Source: Halarcobacter sp.
GTDB lineage: Bacteria > Campylobacterota > Campylobacteria > Campylobacterales > Arcobacteraceae
Assembly (NCBI GenBank): GCA_963676565.1
Contig: OY781089.1
Span: 1,312,001 to 1,376,000, forward strand
Direction: 5' to 3'
Length of the DNA stretch: 64,000 nucleotides
Position numbers and translations under genes: made by a program. The notes under the pieces are model-generated. The model was not told where the DNA came from. It saw only the letters and a list, made by a program, of their open reading frames with translations, and did not search any database. Within the stretch, counting starts at the first letter, position 1. The number at the start of each line of letters is the position of its first letter. Positions 52,898-62,632 of the stretch are shown here, piece after piece.

Positions 52898-53782
52898 TTA
52901 TTGGAAGAAGTTTTTAAGCTCTTCGATAACTTCTTTTGGTTTTTCCTCAGGTAAAAAATGTCCACAGGGAAGTGTCTTACCCCGTACATTATTTGCATAA
53001 TCTTGCCAAACTTTTATAACATCATAGGTTTTATTTACAAAACCTTTTTCTCCCCATAAAACCAATAATGGAGTATTTAATTTCCTATTTCTTGTCTTTT
53101 CATCATCTATCATATCAATTGTTGCACCTGCTCTATAGTCTTCACAACTTCCATGAATTGAAGCTTCATCATAACATTTTATATATTCTTCTACTGCTTT
53201 TTTATCGAATTTATCTTTAAAAGGAGTATCTTTATCACTCCACCTTTTAAGTTTCTCTTTTAAATAATAAGCTGGGTCATCTCCTATCATCTTTTCAGGC
53301 AAGCCATCTGGCTGAATAAGAAAAAACCAGTGGTAATATCCAGTTGCAAAAGATTGATTAGTATTTTTAAACATATGATATGTGGGAGTTATATCCATTA
53401 TACAAGCTTTCAAAATTTTATCTTCATAATCTAAACACATTCTATGGGCAACTCTAGCACCTCTATCATGACCTGCTATATAAAACTTTTTGAAACCTAA
53501 ATGATTCATTAACTCAATCATATCTTTTGCCATGACTTTTTTAGAGTAATTTGAATGGTCATCTAAGCCCTTTGGTTTAGAACTTTTTCCATAACCTCTT
53601 AAATCGGGACAAATTACATAAAAATATTTTGAAAGTTCATTTGCAACTTTATGCCACATAACATGGGTTTGAGGGTATCCATGAATTAGAAGTAAAGGTT
53701 GACCAAAGCCCCCATGTCTAAAGTTAATTTCTATTTTATTGGATTTGATTTTTTCTTCTTTAAAAGTTTGATTAAAAAGCAT
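52898..53782 (-). CDS. Alpha/beta hydrolase, fluoroacetate/haloacetate dehalogenase-like
   Basis: HGYPQ, GHDRGAR, YYHWFF, CEDYRA, GHF. Confidence 0.8.
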   Translation of the reverse strand: MLFNQTFKEEKIKSNKIEINFRHGGFGQPLLLIHGYPQTHVMWHKVANELSKYFYVICPDLRGYGKSSKPKGLDDHSNYSKKVMAKDMIELMNHLGFKKFYIAGHDRGARVAHRMCLDYEDKILKACIMDITPTYHMFKNTNQSFATGYYHWFFLIQPDGLPEKMIGDDPAYYLKEKLKRWSDKDTPFKDKFDKKAVEEYIKCYDEASIHGSCEDYRAGATIDMIDDEKTRNRKLNTPLLVLWGEKGFVNKTYDVIKVWQDYANNVRGKTLPCGHFLPEEKPKEVIEELKNFFQ

Positions 53783-53852
53783 AAAAATCCTTTTTGGAAA
53801 ATTTTACTTAAAAATCATAAAAAGTACAAAACTATGGATTGAATTCTGTGTT

Positions 53853-54506
53853 TTATTTAGTTCTATTAACTTTTCGTTCTAAATGTTTAGCGAAAATTGC
53901 TATTGTGTATGTCATTATAAAATAAAAAACTCCAAGTGTTAAATATATTTCAAAAGGTTCATAAGTTCGTACATATATAAGTTGACCTGCCCTTGTTAAT
54001 TCAGTTATTGAAAGAACTGAAACTAGTGAACTATCTTTTAAAATAGATGCATAGGTATTTGTAAGTGGAGGTAAGACTATTTTAAGTGCTTGCGGATAGA
54101 TTATATGTATAAACATCTGAATTTTACTAAGTCCTAAGGAATTTGAAGCCTCATATTGTCCTTTTGGTATTGCTTGAATTCCAGCTCTAACAATTTCAGC
54201 CATATATGCACCAAAATTTAAAGACAAACCTATAATAGCAGCTTGATGACTTGACATCGTAATACCAATTTGTGGTAGGCCATAATATATAAAAAATAGT
54301 TGAATAAGTAAAGGTGTTCCTCTAAAGATTTCAATATATGAGCTGATTAAAAACTTGATAAAATAGTTTGTCTTTAAGCTTCTTAGCGTACCCACAATTA
54401 CACCAATAAATAGTGCAATTACAAAAGATACAAAAGAGAGATAAATTGTAAGCCATGAGGCTTCTAAAAGAAACCCCAAGTTATCAAAAACAGCGTTAAA
54501 ATTCAC
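53853..54506 (-). CDS. Polar amino-acid ABC transporter permease
   Basis: FRGTPLLIQL, AYMAEIVRAGI..IPKGQYEA, LKDSSL. Confidence 0.92.
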   Translation of the reverse strand: MNFNAVFDNLGFLLEASWLTIYLSFVSFVIALFIGVIVGTLRSLKTNYFIKFLISSYIEIFRGTPLLIQLFFIYYGLPQIGITMSSHQAAIIGLSLNFGAYMAEIVRAGIQAIPKGQYEASNSLGLSKIQMFIHIIYPQALKIVLPPLTNTYASILKDSSLVSVLSITELTRAGQLIYVRTYEPFEIYLTLGVFYFIMTYTIAIFAKHLERKVNRTK

Positions 54507-55232
54507 TTATTTTACTGCCAGCCATTTGTTAATTAATTTCTCGTAAGTACCGTTATCTTTTAAAGTTTTTAAAGCCTCATTAACTTGTTTTGTTAAATCA
54601 TCTTTTCCTTTTTTCATAACAACAACTAATTCTGCCGGTGCTAGTTTATCAACAATTTTATATTCACTATTAAAATCTTTTTGATTTAATGCATATGCAT
54701 ATCCAACTACAACAGCATCAATACGATTGTGTTTCAAATCTAAAAATGCTTCTGGATTATAGTTATATCTAGCTACTTTTCCAAGTCCAGTTAATTTATC
54801 AACAACTTGTTCACTTCCACTTCCAAGTTGAACACCAACAGTTTTACCAGCTAAATCTTTTTGTGAATTGATTTTATCATTATCTTTTTTTACTATTAAT
54901 ACATCATTTAGTAAGTAATAAGTATCTGATAAATTTACATTGTTTTCACCTGCTTCTTGTCTACTCATAGCACTTAATATAATGTCATAGTTGTCATTTT
55001 TAAGTCCACCAAGTAGAGCTTGCCACTCTGCATCTTTAATTTCAACTTTTTTACCAATGATTTTACCAATTTCATTTGCTAAATCGATATCAAAACCAAC
55101 AATATTTCCACTTTTTTCATCTCTTGATTCAAATGGTGGATACGCTGCACATAAACCAACTGTAATAACATCTTGTTGAGCATTTGCAAATATACCAAAT
55201 GTTAACAATAAGCCTGCAAAAAATTTTTTCAT
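54507..55232 (-). CDS. Polar amino-acid ABC substrate-binding protein (SBP family 3)
   Basis: Signal peptide, YPPFE, GFDIDL, VGVQLGS. Confidence 0.9.
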   Translation of the reverse strand: MKKFFAGLLLTFGIFANAQQDVITVGLCAAYPPFESRDEKSGNIVGFDIDLANEIGKIIGKKVEIKDAEWQALLGGLKNDNYDIILSAMSRQEAGENNVNLSDTYYLLNDVLIVKKDNDKINSQKDLAGKTVGVQLGSGSEQVVDKLTGLGKVARYNYNPEAFLDLKHNRIDAVVVGYAYALNQKDFNSEYKIVDKLAPAELVVVMKKGKDDLTKQVNEALKTLKDNGTYEKLINKWLAVK

Positions 55233-55780
55233 AAAAGTTCCTTTTGTATAGCCTTAACTAAGGCTGTTGGATTTTCTTCATCTAAAGCAAAAAAAGATAA
55301 CTCTAAATTGTTCTTTTTAAGTAATTTAAAAAACACTTCCATAAAAACGCCTGCTTCATTCACTGTTTGTAAAGAGTTTAACTTTTTTTCTAAATCAAAA
55401 GATTTATCTATCTCACCTTTCCAATTAGCTCTGCAGGTTTTATTTATGCCACAATTTGGACTTCCATCTATACCAATGCAGCCTTTAATTTCATATCCAT
55501 TATTTTTATAATCAATTATCTGATTTATAATAGGAAGTAGCATTTTTTTGTATTGTTTTTTATATATTGCTGTATCGTATTGTTCTTTTACCATTCCCCA
55601 TCTATTAACCCCACAGGTTAGCATTTCTGGACATGGTAATTGCAAAATTCCGTAACCTTTATCACATAAAGAAGTAACAAGTTCAGATATACACCCGCTA
55701 TAATTAGCTAAGGAATAAACTTTTGCATTAGAATTAAGTATACAATGACTTAAAAGAATGATTTTTTTGCTTCGATTCAT
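55229..55780 (-). CDS. DUF523/TudS-related putative Fe-S desulfidase (CD3072-like)
   Basis: SHCILN, QLPCPE, GIDGSPNCG, GVFME. Confidence 0.72.
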   Translation of the reverse strand: MNRSKKIILLSHCILNSNAKVYSLANYSGCISELVTSLCDKGYGILQLPCPEMLTCGVNRWGMVKEQYDTAIYKKQYKKMLLPIINQIIDYKNNGYEIKGCIGIDGSPNCGINKTCRANWKGEIDKSFDLEKKLNSLQTVNEAGVFMEVFFKLLKKNNLELSFFALDEENPTALVKAIQKELL

Positions 55781-55798
55781 GAAAACCTCAATTAAATA

Positions 55799-55868
55799 TA
55801 AGTTTTCCTAAAAAGCAGTGTTGACAAGAAAAGCTATGTTGTCATTCCAAACCTTGGAACTTGCTTAA
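55799..55868 (-). ncRNA. Candidate structured 5' leader (riboswitch-like three-way junction)
   Basis: P1 AAGCA/UGCUU encloses hairpins UUCCAA/UUGGAA and UGACAA/UUGUCA; -10-like TATATT at 55875-55880. Confidence 0.45.
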
Positions 55869-56020
55869 TTTTAGAATATAGAATTTTAGTTAACAAAAAC
55901 TTAATACTAGTTAAATTAATGACTCATTAATATATTTTTTATATTAATATATTTTATCAAGTGGATATTAAATCCACTTTTAATAATCTTCCATAATTTT
56001 AAAAAATAAATGGGTAAAAG

Positions 56021-56689
56021 ATGCGACTTCTTGTTAAAAGTGTATTGATTTTAATGTTAATTTTCACATCGACTTTAATTTTAATAAAGTTTAGTGGAGT
56101 ATTGACTGTTTCTGATATAAAAGAGGTTTTTGAAGTTTTAAAATCTCAACCATCATATATTTTAGGCTTTTTGATTATATTTTTACTTTTAGTAGATTTA
56201 TTTATTGCAGTGCCTACAATGACAGTAATAATTCTTGCAGGGTATTTTTTAGGTTTTGAATTAGCATTTTTATACACCTTTTTGGGGCTTTTATTGGCTT
56301 CTTTTACTGGATATTTTTTGTCAAGAAAATATGGTTTAAAAATTTTAAATAGATTAACGTCAGACCAAGAACAAATTGAGCAAATGAAAGATTTATTTAA
56401 TAAACATGGAATCCTAGTACTAATTTTATCAAGAGCAGTACCTATGCTTCCGGAGATTTCAGCTTGTTTAGCAGGAACTTGCAGTATGTCAATAAAAAGA
56501 TTTTTCATTGCTTGGTCATTGGGAACAATACCATATTTATCTGTAATTGCATATGCAGGCTCAATAAGTGATTTAGAAAATCCTATGCCCGCAATTTACG
56601 GTGCCATTGGTATTACTATAAGCTTTTGGTTTTTGTGGATGATATTTTTAAAAGCAAACAAAATAAAATTAAAAAATCAAAAAAATTAA
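56021..56689 (+). CDS. DedA/TVP38 (VTT domain) membrane protein
   Basis: AGYFLG, GYFLSRKYG, SRAVPMLPE. Confidence 0.82.
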   Translation: MRLLVKSVLILMLIFTSTLILIKFSGVLTVSDIKEVFEVLKSQPSYILGFLIIFLLLVDLFIAVPTMTVIILAGYFLGFELAFLYTFLGLLLASFTGYFLSRKYGLKILNRLTSDQEQIEQMKDLFNKHGILVLILSRAVPMLPEISACLAGTCSMSIKRFFIAWSLGTIPYLSVIAYAGSISDLENPMPAIYGAIGITISFWFLWMIFLKANKIKLKNQKN

Positions 56690-56765
56690 TTCTTTAAACA
56701 AACTTACTTAAAGCTTAATTAAAGCTATTTTAGATAAAATCACGACTCTATTTTAAATAGAAAGT

Positions 56766-56840
56766 CACATGTGTCAATCCTGGTATGGGTTGTGACAAGT
56801 AAATTGTACTTGCCATTAAGGGGCACAGAGGCTAAACCCA
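56766..56840 (+). ncRNA. rpsB leader (t44-like autoregulatory element)
   Basis: CACATGTGTC...GGGTTG...GGGCACAGAGGCTAAACCCA resembles the proteobacterial rpsB 5'UTR; -10 TAAAAT at 56735. Confidence 0.6.
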
Positions 56841-56856
56841 GATTAAGTTTACTTAA

Positions 56857-56929
56857 AAGAACAACACGTTGTTCTCTTTAGGTTTTTGGTTCTTTTTAGC
56901 AAAACTTGTTTTTGCGCTATAAAAAGAAG
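56857..56929 (+). repeat. Dispersed ~70-bp two-hairpin element, copy 2
   Basis: Aligns to the reverse complement of 17530..17598. Confidence 0.75.
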
Positions 56930-56956
56930 ACATACAAATTAAAACAAGGAAAAACT

Positions 56957-57757
56957 ATGGTTACAATGAAAGACCTATTAGAGTGTGGTGTACACTTCGG
57001 ACACCAAACAAGAAGATGGAATCCAAAAATGAAAAAATACATTTTTGGTGTTAGAAAAAATATTTATATTATCGACTTACAAAAGACGTTAAGATATTTC
57101 AGATATACATATAATGTAGTTAGAGATGCAGCTGCTCAAGGTGAGACTATGATTTTTGTTGGTACAAAAAAACAAGCTTCTCAAGCAGTTAAAGATGCAG
57201 CAATCAAATGTGGAATGCCTTATGTAAACCACAGATGGTTAGGTGGAATGTTAACTAACTACGGAACAATTAAAAAATCAATTAGAAAATTAGAAGTTAT
57301 TAAAAAAATGAGAGAAGAAGGTCAATTAGATCTTTTAACTAAAAAAGAAGCTTTAATGCTTACTAGAAAAGAAGAAAAATTAGAATTATATCTTGGTGGA
57401 ATCAAAGAGATGAATAAATTACCAGATATGATGTTCGTTCTAGATGCAGTTAAAGAAAAAATTGCTATCCAAGAAGCAAGAAGATTAGGAATCAAAGTTG
57501 TAGCTCCTTTAGATACAAACTGTGATCCTGATGTAGTTGATTTACCAATTCCAGGAAATGACGATGCTATTAGATCAATTCAATTATTCTGTAACGAAAT
57601 GGCAGAAGCTATGTTAGAGGGTAGAGCTGCATTAGCTGAAGAAACTGGAGAAGAAGCACCAGTATCTGAAGAAGAGCAAGCAGAAGTAGTGGCAGAAGCA
57701 GTAGCTGAAGGTGAATCTGAAGCAGTAGAAACTGAAGAAACAACAGAGGAAGCATAA
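56957..57757 (+). CDS. rpsB: 30S ribosomal protein S2
   Basis: [31 protein letters not shown]; true ATG at 56957 after AAGGA. Confidence 0.99.
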   Translation: MVTMKDLLECGVHFGHQTRRWNPKMKKYIFGVRKNIYIIDLQKTLRYFRYTYNVVRDAAAQGETMIFVGTKKQASQAVKDAAIKCGMPYVNHRWLGGMLTNYGTIKKSIRKLEVIKKMREEGQLDLLTKKEALMLTRKEEKLELYLGGIKEMNKLPDMMFVLDAVKEKIAIQEARRLGIKVVAPLDTNCDPDVVDLPIPGNDDAIRSIQLFCNEMAEAMLEGRAALAEETGEEAPVSEEEQAEVVAEAVAEGESEAVETEETTEEA

Positions 57758-57759
57758 TT

Positions 57760-58803
57760 ATGGCAGGAGCAACTCCAAAATTAATTAAAGAGTTAAGAGA
57801 AAAATCTGGTGCAGGAATGCTTGATTGTAAAAAAGCATTAAATGAGTGTAATGGAGATTTAGAAGAAGCTCAAAAGTGGCTAAGAGAGCAAGGTCTTGCT
57901 AAAGCTGCTAAAAAATCTTCTAATGTAGCTGCTGAAGGTATTGTTACAATTTTAGTAAACGAAGACAATACTAAAGCAACTATGACTGAAGTTAACTCAC
58001 AAACTGACTTCGTTGCTAAAAACGAACAGTTCCTTAATTTAACAAAAGCAATTACTGAGCATGCTCAAGTAAATGCAATTGCAGATGCTGAATCTTTAGC
58101 GTCTTCAACTATTGATGGACAAGATTTTACAACATATTTAAATGAAAAAATTGCAGTTATTGGTGAAAATTTAGTAGCTAGAAAAGTTGTAAATGTTGAA
58201 GGTACTGTTGTTAATGGTTATGTTCACATGGGTAAAGTTGGAGTTATTTTAGCTGCAAAATGTGATGATGCTGTAAAAGAAAAAGCTGCAGATTTATTAA
58301 AAAAAGTAGCTATGCATGCTGCTTCAATGAAACCAACTGTTATTTCTTACCAAGATTTAGCTGCTGATTTTATCGAATCTGAAAACAAAGCTATTATTGC
58401 TGATATTGAAAAAGAAAATGAAGAGTTAGTAAGACTTGGTAAACCTCTTAAAAATATCCCTCAGTTTGTTTCTAAACAACAATTAACTGATGATGCAATT
58501 GCAGCTGCTGAAGCTGAAATGAAAGAGCAATTATTAGCTGAAGGTAAACCAGAAAAAATTATCGGAAACATTGTTAAAGGTAAAATTGCTAGATGGATTG
58601 AGGATAACTCTCAATTAGATAAAGCTCATGCTTTATTATCTCAAACTTACGTTATGGATGACTCAATGACTGTTGAAGAAGCTATTAAAGCTTGTGATGC
58701 ATCAATTGAGTTAGTTGAATATATAAGATTCGAACTTGGTGAAGGTATCGAGAAAAAAGAAGAAGATTTCGCTGCAGAAGTTGCTGCACAAATGGGTAAT
58801 TAA
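57760..58803 (+). CDS. tsf: Elongation factor Ts
   Basis: LREKSGAGMLDCKKAL, EVNSQTDFVA, RFELGEGIEK. Confidence 0.98.
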   Translation: MAGATPKLIKELREKSGAGMLDCKKALNECNGDLEEAQKWLREQGLAKAAKKSSNVAAEGIVTILVNEDNTKATMTEVNSQTDFVAKNEQFLNLTKAITEHAQVNAIADAESLASSTIDGQDFTTYLNEKIAVIGENLVARKVVNVEGTVVNGYVHMGKVGVILAAKCDDAVKEKAADLLKKVAMHAASMKPTVISYQDLAADFIESENKAIIADIEKENEELVRLGKPLKNIPQFVSKQQLTDDAIAAAEAEMKEQLLAEGKPEKIIGNIVKGKIARWIEDNSQLDKAHALLSQTYVMDDSMTVEEAIKACDASIELVEYIRFELGEGIEKKEEDFAAEVAAQMGN

Positions 58804-58820
58804 AAAAGAAATCTAAAAAA

Positions 58821-59519
58821 GTGGAAGTAATGGGTGAAAATCAAAAAACAATCGAACCCATTACTCCAGCACAAAAAATACTCTTAGAAGCTAAAAACTT
58901 AACTCACGAATTTGATTATAAACTTTTTGAAAACATAACTTTAATACTTGAACAAAAACAAACTATTGCTATTATTGGAAAAAGTGGAAGTGGAAAATCA
59001 ACTTTATTAAATATTTTATCCTCTTTATTAGAACCAAAATTTGGTGAAGTTAATTTTAATAATCAAAATATATATAAACTAAATAAAAATACTCTCTTAA
59101 AGATTAGGAGAGATGATTTTGGTATAATATTTCAAGCGCATTATTTATTTCGTGGTTTTTCTGCAAATGATAATTTAAAAATTGCAACACTTTTGAGTGA
59201 AAATGAGATTGATGAAGAGCTATTAAAAAAGCTGGAAATTGATTTTGTAATTAATCAAGGAGTTGGGGAATTAAGTGGGGGACAACAACAAAGATTGTCT
59301 ATTGCTAGGGTTTTAACAAAAAAACCAAAAATTATATTTGCAGATGAACCCACAGGAAATCTAGATAAAACTACAGCTCAGATAGTAATGGATAGATTAC
59401 AAGAATATGTTAAAGAAAACAATTCTGGGATGATACTTGTTACCCATGAAGATGATTTGGCTATGCAGTGCGATAAAGTTTATAAGTTAGAGAATTTAGA
59501 ATTAAAAGAGTTAAAATAG
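58821..59519 (+). CDS. ABC transporter ATP-binding protein (LolD-like); start may be 58830
   Basis: GKSGSGKST, LSGGQQQR, FADEPTGNLD, VTH. Confidence 0.9.
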   Translation: MEVMGENQKTIEPITPAQKILLEAKNLTHEFDYKLFENITLILEQKQTIAIIGKSGSGKSTLLNILSSLLEPKFGEVNFNNQNIYKLNKNTLLKIRRDDFGIIFQAHYLFRGFSANDNLKIATLLSENEIDEELLKKLEIDFVINQGVGELSGGQQQRLSIARVLTKKPKIIFADEPTGNLDKTTAQIVMDRLQEYVKENNSGMILVTHEDDLAMQCDKVYKLENLELKELK

Positions 59520-60293
59520 ATGAATTTAATATTAGTAACGAAAACTCCTATTATAGAAAAAATATTTACTTTAGTTTGTAAAAAACTAAATATAGTTTTA
59601 AGTGTGCAAGACTCATCAAAGATAAATGAAAAAGTAGATTTTATTATTATTGATGAAGCGTTTGTCGATGATGACTTCAATAGACTAAAAGCAAATACAA
59701 AAAAATTAGCTGCAATTGTAAGTGAAGAATTGCCATTTGATAAATCAAGAGATTTTATTATTCAAAGACCTTTTTTACCAAATCATTTAGAAAGTTTATT
59801 AAAAGAACAAGTAGAGTTTATAAAAGAGGATTTAAAAGAAGAAAACAAACCTAAAAAGTTTGAATTTGATGAGGAAGAAGTTATTTCAAGTTATGTGGAA
59901 TCATTAGCAGATGATATTGCTGATACTATAGAAGAAGATAATGATGAATCAATAGTTACAATTGCTTCATTAAACAGTGGTGGTGTATTGGATAATCAAG
60001 AGTTACATAAAATTACAGATTTATTAGAAGAAAAAGAATTAGATTTTTCTGATGTAGTTTCTCAAAATGATTGGAAAGATATAAATCAAATAATAGATGA
60101 TGCTTTAAATGAAGTTGAAGAGTATGAGTTTAATCTTCAAGAAAATAAAGAGCAACCAATTAAATTAATATTAAATAATTACAATATCTCAGAATTAAAA
60201 CCTTTTTTACAAAAGTTTGATCAGGCAGTAATTGATAGACTTTCAAATGGTGAAGATGTAGATGTTACTTTATGTTTAAGGGTGAATAAATAA
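59520..60293 (+). CDS. Acidic hypothetical protein
   Basis: Coupled ORF upstream of gmk; RPFLP and GVLD blocks. Confidence 0.7.
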   Translation: MNLILVTKTPIIEKIFTLVCKKLNIVLSVQDSSKINEKVDFIIIDEAFVDDDFNRLKANTKKLAAIVSEELPFDKSRDFIIQRPFLPNHLESLLKEQVEFIKEDLKEENKPKKFEFDEEEVISSYVESLADDIADTIEEDNDESIVTIASLNSGGVLDNQELHKITDLLEEKELDFSDVVSQNDWKDINQIIDDALNEVEEYEFNLQENKEQPIKLILNNYNISELKPFLQKFDQAVIDRLSNGEDVDVTLCLRVNK

Positions 60294-60907
60294 TGGAAAA
60301 TAAAGGTGCTATTTTAATTCTTTCAGGTCCTAGTGGATGTGGAAAGTCAACACTTTTAAAAAATGTTTATAAAGAGATTGATGAGTATTATTTTTCAATT
60401 TCAACTACTACAAGAGAACCAAGACCTGGTGAAAAACATGGAGTAGATTATCTTTTTACAACAAGAGAAGAGTTTCAAGAAGATATAAAAACTGGAAACT
60501 TTTTAGAGTGGGCAGAGGTTCATGGAAACTATTATGGAACATCACTTAAACCTATCAAAAAAGCTCTAAGCGAGGGCAAAATTGTAATCTTTGATATTGA
60601 TGTCCAAGGTCATGATATAGTAAGAAAAAAAATGGATAAGGTTGTAACTTCTGTATTTATAACAACTCCAAGTTTAAAAGATTTAGAAGATAGATTAAAA
60701 AATAGAGCTACAGATTCTCAAGAAGTTATCGATAGAAGAATTCAAAATGCAAAAAGTGAGATTAGATTCTTCCAAAAATATGATTATTTTATAATAAATG
60801 ATGATTTAGAAAAAGCAAGCAAACAGCTTATTTCAATTGCAAATATTGCTAGAGTAAAATCGAAACTTTTTGATAAAGATGAAACATTAAATAACTGGCT
60901 TAATTAG
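60293..60907 (+). CDS. gmk: Guanylate kinase
   Basis: GPSGCGKST, STTTREPRPGE, HGNYYGT, DIDVQG. Confidence 0.97.
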   Translation: MENKGAILILSGPSGCGKSTLLKNVYKEIDEYYFSISTTTREPRPGEKHGVDYLFTTREEFQEDIKTGNFLEWAEVHGNYYGTSLKPIKKALSEGKIVIFDIDVQGHDIVRKKMDKVVTSVFITTPSLKDLEDRLKNRATDSQEVIDRRIQNAKSEIRFFQKYDYFIINDDLEKASKQLISIANIARVKSKLFDKDETLNNWLN

Positions 60908-62530
60908 TTATTTAATCTCATCATAACTTAGGGGTGCATCAAAGTAATACCCTTGAGAAAAGTCAACTCCAATATCTTTTATAACCTCATAAATCTCTTT
61001 ACTAGATACAAATTCCGCAACAGTTTTAAAACCAAACTTTTTAGCAAACTCATCTATAGTTTTTACGATGATTTTTTGATTTTCTGATTTATCTATACTT
61101 CTTATTAATGAACCATCAATTTTTACATATGAGATATTAAGATTTACTAACATATTAAAATTTGAATATCCCGCACCGAAGTCATCAACCCCAACTTTAC
61201 AACCATATTCATTTACTGTATTTATAAATTTAAATACCTCTTCAAAATTTGATATCTCTTCAGATTCTAGAATTTCAAATTCTAATAAATGAGTATATTG
61301 GGCATTCTCTTTCAAAACATTATTAATATGTTTCATTGTTACTGCACTGGCAATATCTTCAAAGGAGATATTAACAGCAACTCTTTTATTTTTTGTTTTA
61401 ATTAAGTTAAAAGCTTCATCCAGCATTATTTTAATAATGTGAGGGTAAAGTTTAGCTTTTTTTGCAATATTTAAAAAAGTATAAGGTGAAACAACAGTTC
61501 CATCATCTTCTATGTATCTAATTAAAGCTTCATATTTATAAATCTCTTTTGTCTTAGTATCTACGATTGGTTGGAAATATCCTTTAAAATCTCCATTTTT
61601 CACACCAGTTTTTATTTTTTTAATCCATTTAATATTTTCTTCAAAAGATTCTTGGATATTAAAAGAATCATTATAAATTAAAATTGGCTCAAATTTCTTT
61701 CTAGCATAGGTTACAACTCTTTGTGCATATTTATAAGCATTATTAGCATCACTCTTTGCAATACCAATTGTTATATTTAAATCAATCTCATGCTCATCAA
61801 TATAAACAGGTTCTTGTTCTATAAACTCTTCAAATTTCTTACATAAATCATAAAAGCTATTAACATCTCTATCAAAATTTTTTGATATTACTGCAAACTT
61901 ATCTGCTTCAATTCTATAAATAATAAATTCTTGATTTGAAAAATACTCTTTTAGAGCATCTGAAAACTCGATTAAAACTTTGTCTCCGTTATGTTCACCA
62001 AAAAGGTCATTAATAGTTGAAAATTTATCAATATTTATAATTGCCATTAAATCTTCGCTTGAGTTTTCTAAATCTTTTTTTAGTTTATTTCTATTTGGAA
62101 GATGTGTTAGGTTATCTGTATATAAATCTTTTAATTCATGGTAAAGTAAAGATTGACTCATTAGTTGTAAAAGTTTTTTCATATCAATTGGTTTTAATAC
62201 ATATTTATCTACACCAATATCAATAGCTTCAAGTAAATATTCTGTATTAGAAAATGCTGTTGCAACAATAATTGGAATATGAGGATTTATTTTTTTTATC
62301 TCCCTAATCATTTCCAGACCATTCATTATTGGCATATTTACATCAGTGATTATTAGGTCGATTTCAGATTCGTTTTGTTTAAAAAGATCAAGACCTTGTG
62401 CACCATTTTCAGCTACAAATTGTTTCTTTGTAAAACCTCGAAGGATATTTAAGGTAATCTCTCTTAATGCTACTTCATCTTCAGCATACAGGATTGTAAT
62501 ATTTTTTAGGATTGATACATTGTTAATCAT
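60908..62530 (-). CDS. REC-GGDEF(degenerate)-EAL protein, probable c-di-GMP phosphodiesterase
   Basis: REC (AEDE, DVNMP, KP); EADKF in place of GGDEF; YEALIR, DDFGAGYS, QGYYF. Confidence 0.88.
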   Translation of the reverse strand: MINNVSILKNITILYAEDEVALREITLNILRGFTKKQFVAENGAQGLDLFKQNESEIDLIITDVNMPIMNGLEMIREIKKINPHIPIIVATAFSNTEYLLEAIDIGVDKYVLKPIDMKKLLQLMSQSLLYHELKDLYTDNLTHLPNRNKLKKDLENSSEDLMAIINIDKFSTINDLFGEHNGDKVLIEFSDALKEYFSNQEFIIYRIEADKFAVISKNFDRDVNSFYDLCKKFEEFIEQEPVYIDEHEIDLNITIGIAKSDANNAYKYAQRVVTYARKKFEPILIYNDSFNIQESFEENIKWIKKIKTGVKNGDFKGYFQPIVDTKTKEIYKYEALIRYIEDDGTVVSPYTFLNIAKKAKLYPHIIKIMLDEAFNLIKTKNKRVAVNISFEDIASAVTMKHINNVLKENAQYTHLLEFEILESEEISNFEEVFKFINTVNEYGCKVGVDDFGAGYSNFNMLVNLNISYVKIDGSLIRSIDKSENQKIIVKTIDEFAKKFGFKTVAEFVSSKEIYEVIKDIGVDFSQGYYFDAPLSYDEIK

Positions 62531-62632
62531 TAAGAGTTACTCCAAACTTATTAGGATATAATATTATACTATCAATTAGATATATATTAAATTATCAAAT
62601 ATTAGTTATTTAAAAATTATTTAGGAAATTTA

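Noticed and set aside
2420..56508. Numerous short ORFs in the track overlapping real genes (e.g. 3411..3896, 11824..12132, 12730..13092, 35011..35361, 45196..45600, 56146..56508)
   Set aside because: Antisense or alternate-frame shadows of well-supported genes; no motifs or RBS.
56906..56956. N-terminal extensions of RpsB (also of the aminopeptidase, Pta, DUF4212 and BatA) in the ORF track
   Set aside because: Downstream ATGs with a proper SD or stop-start coupling match the family N-termini.
60908..62530. Degenerate GGDEF as a novelty
   Set aside because: REC-xGGDEF-EAL architectures are common in this lineage.
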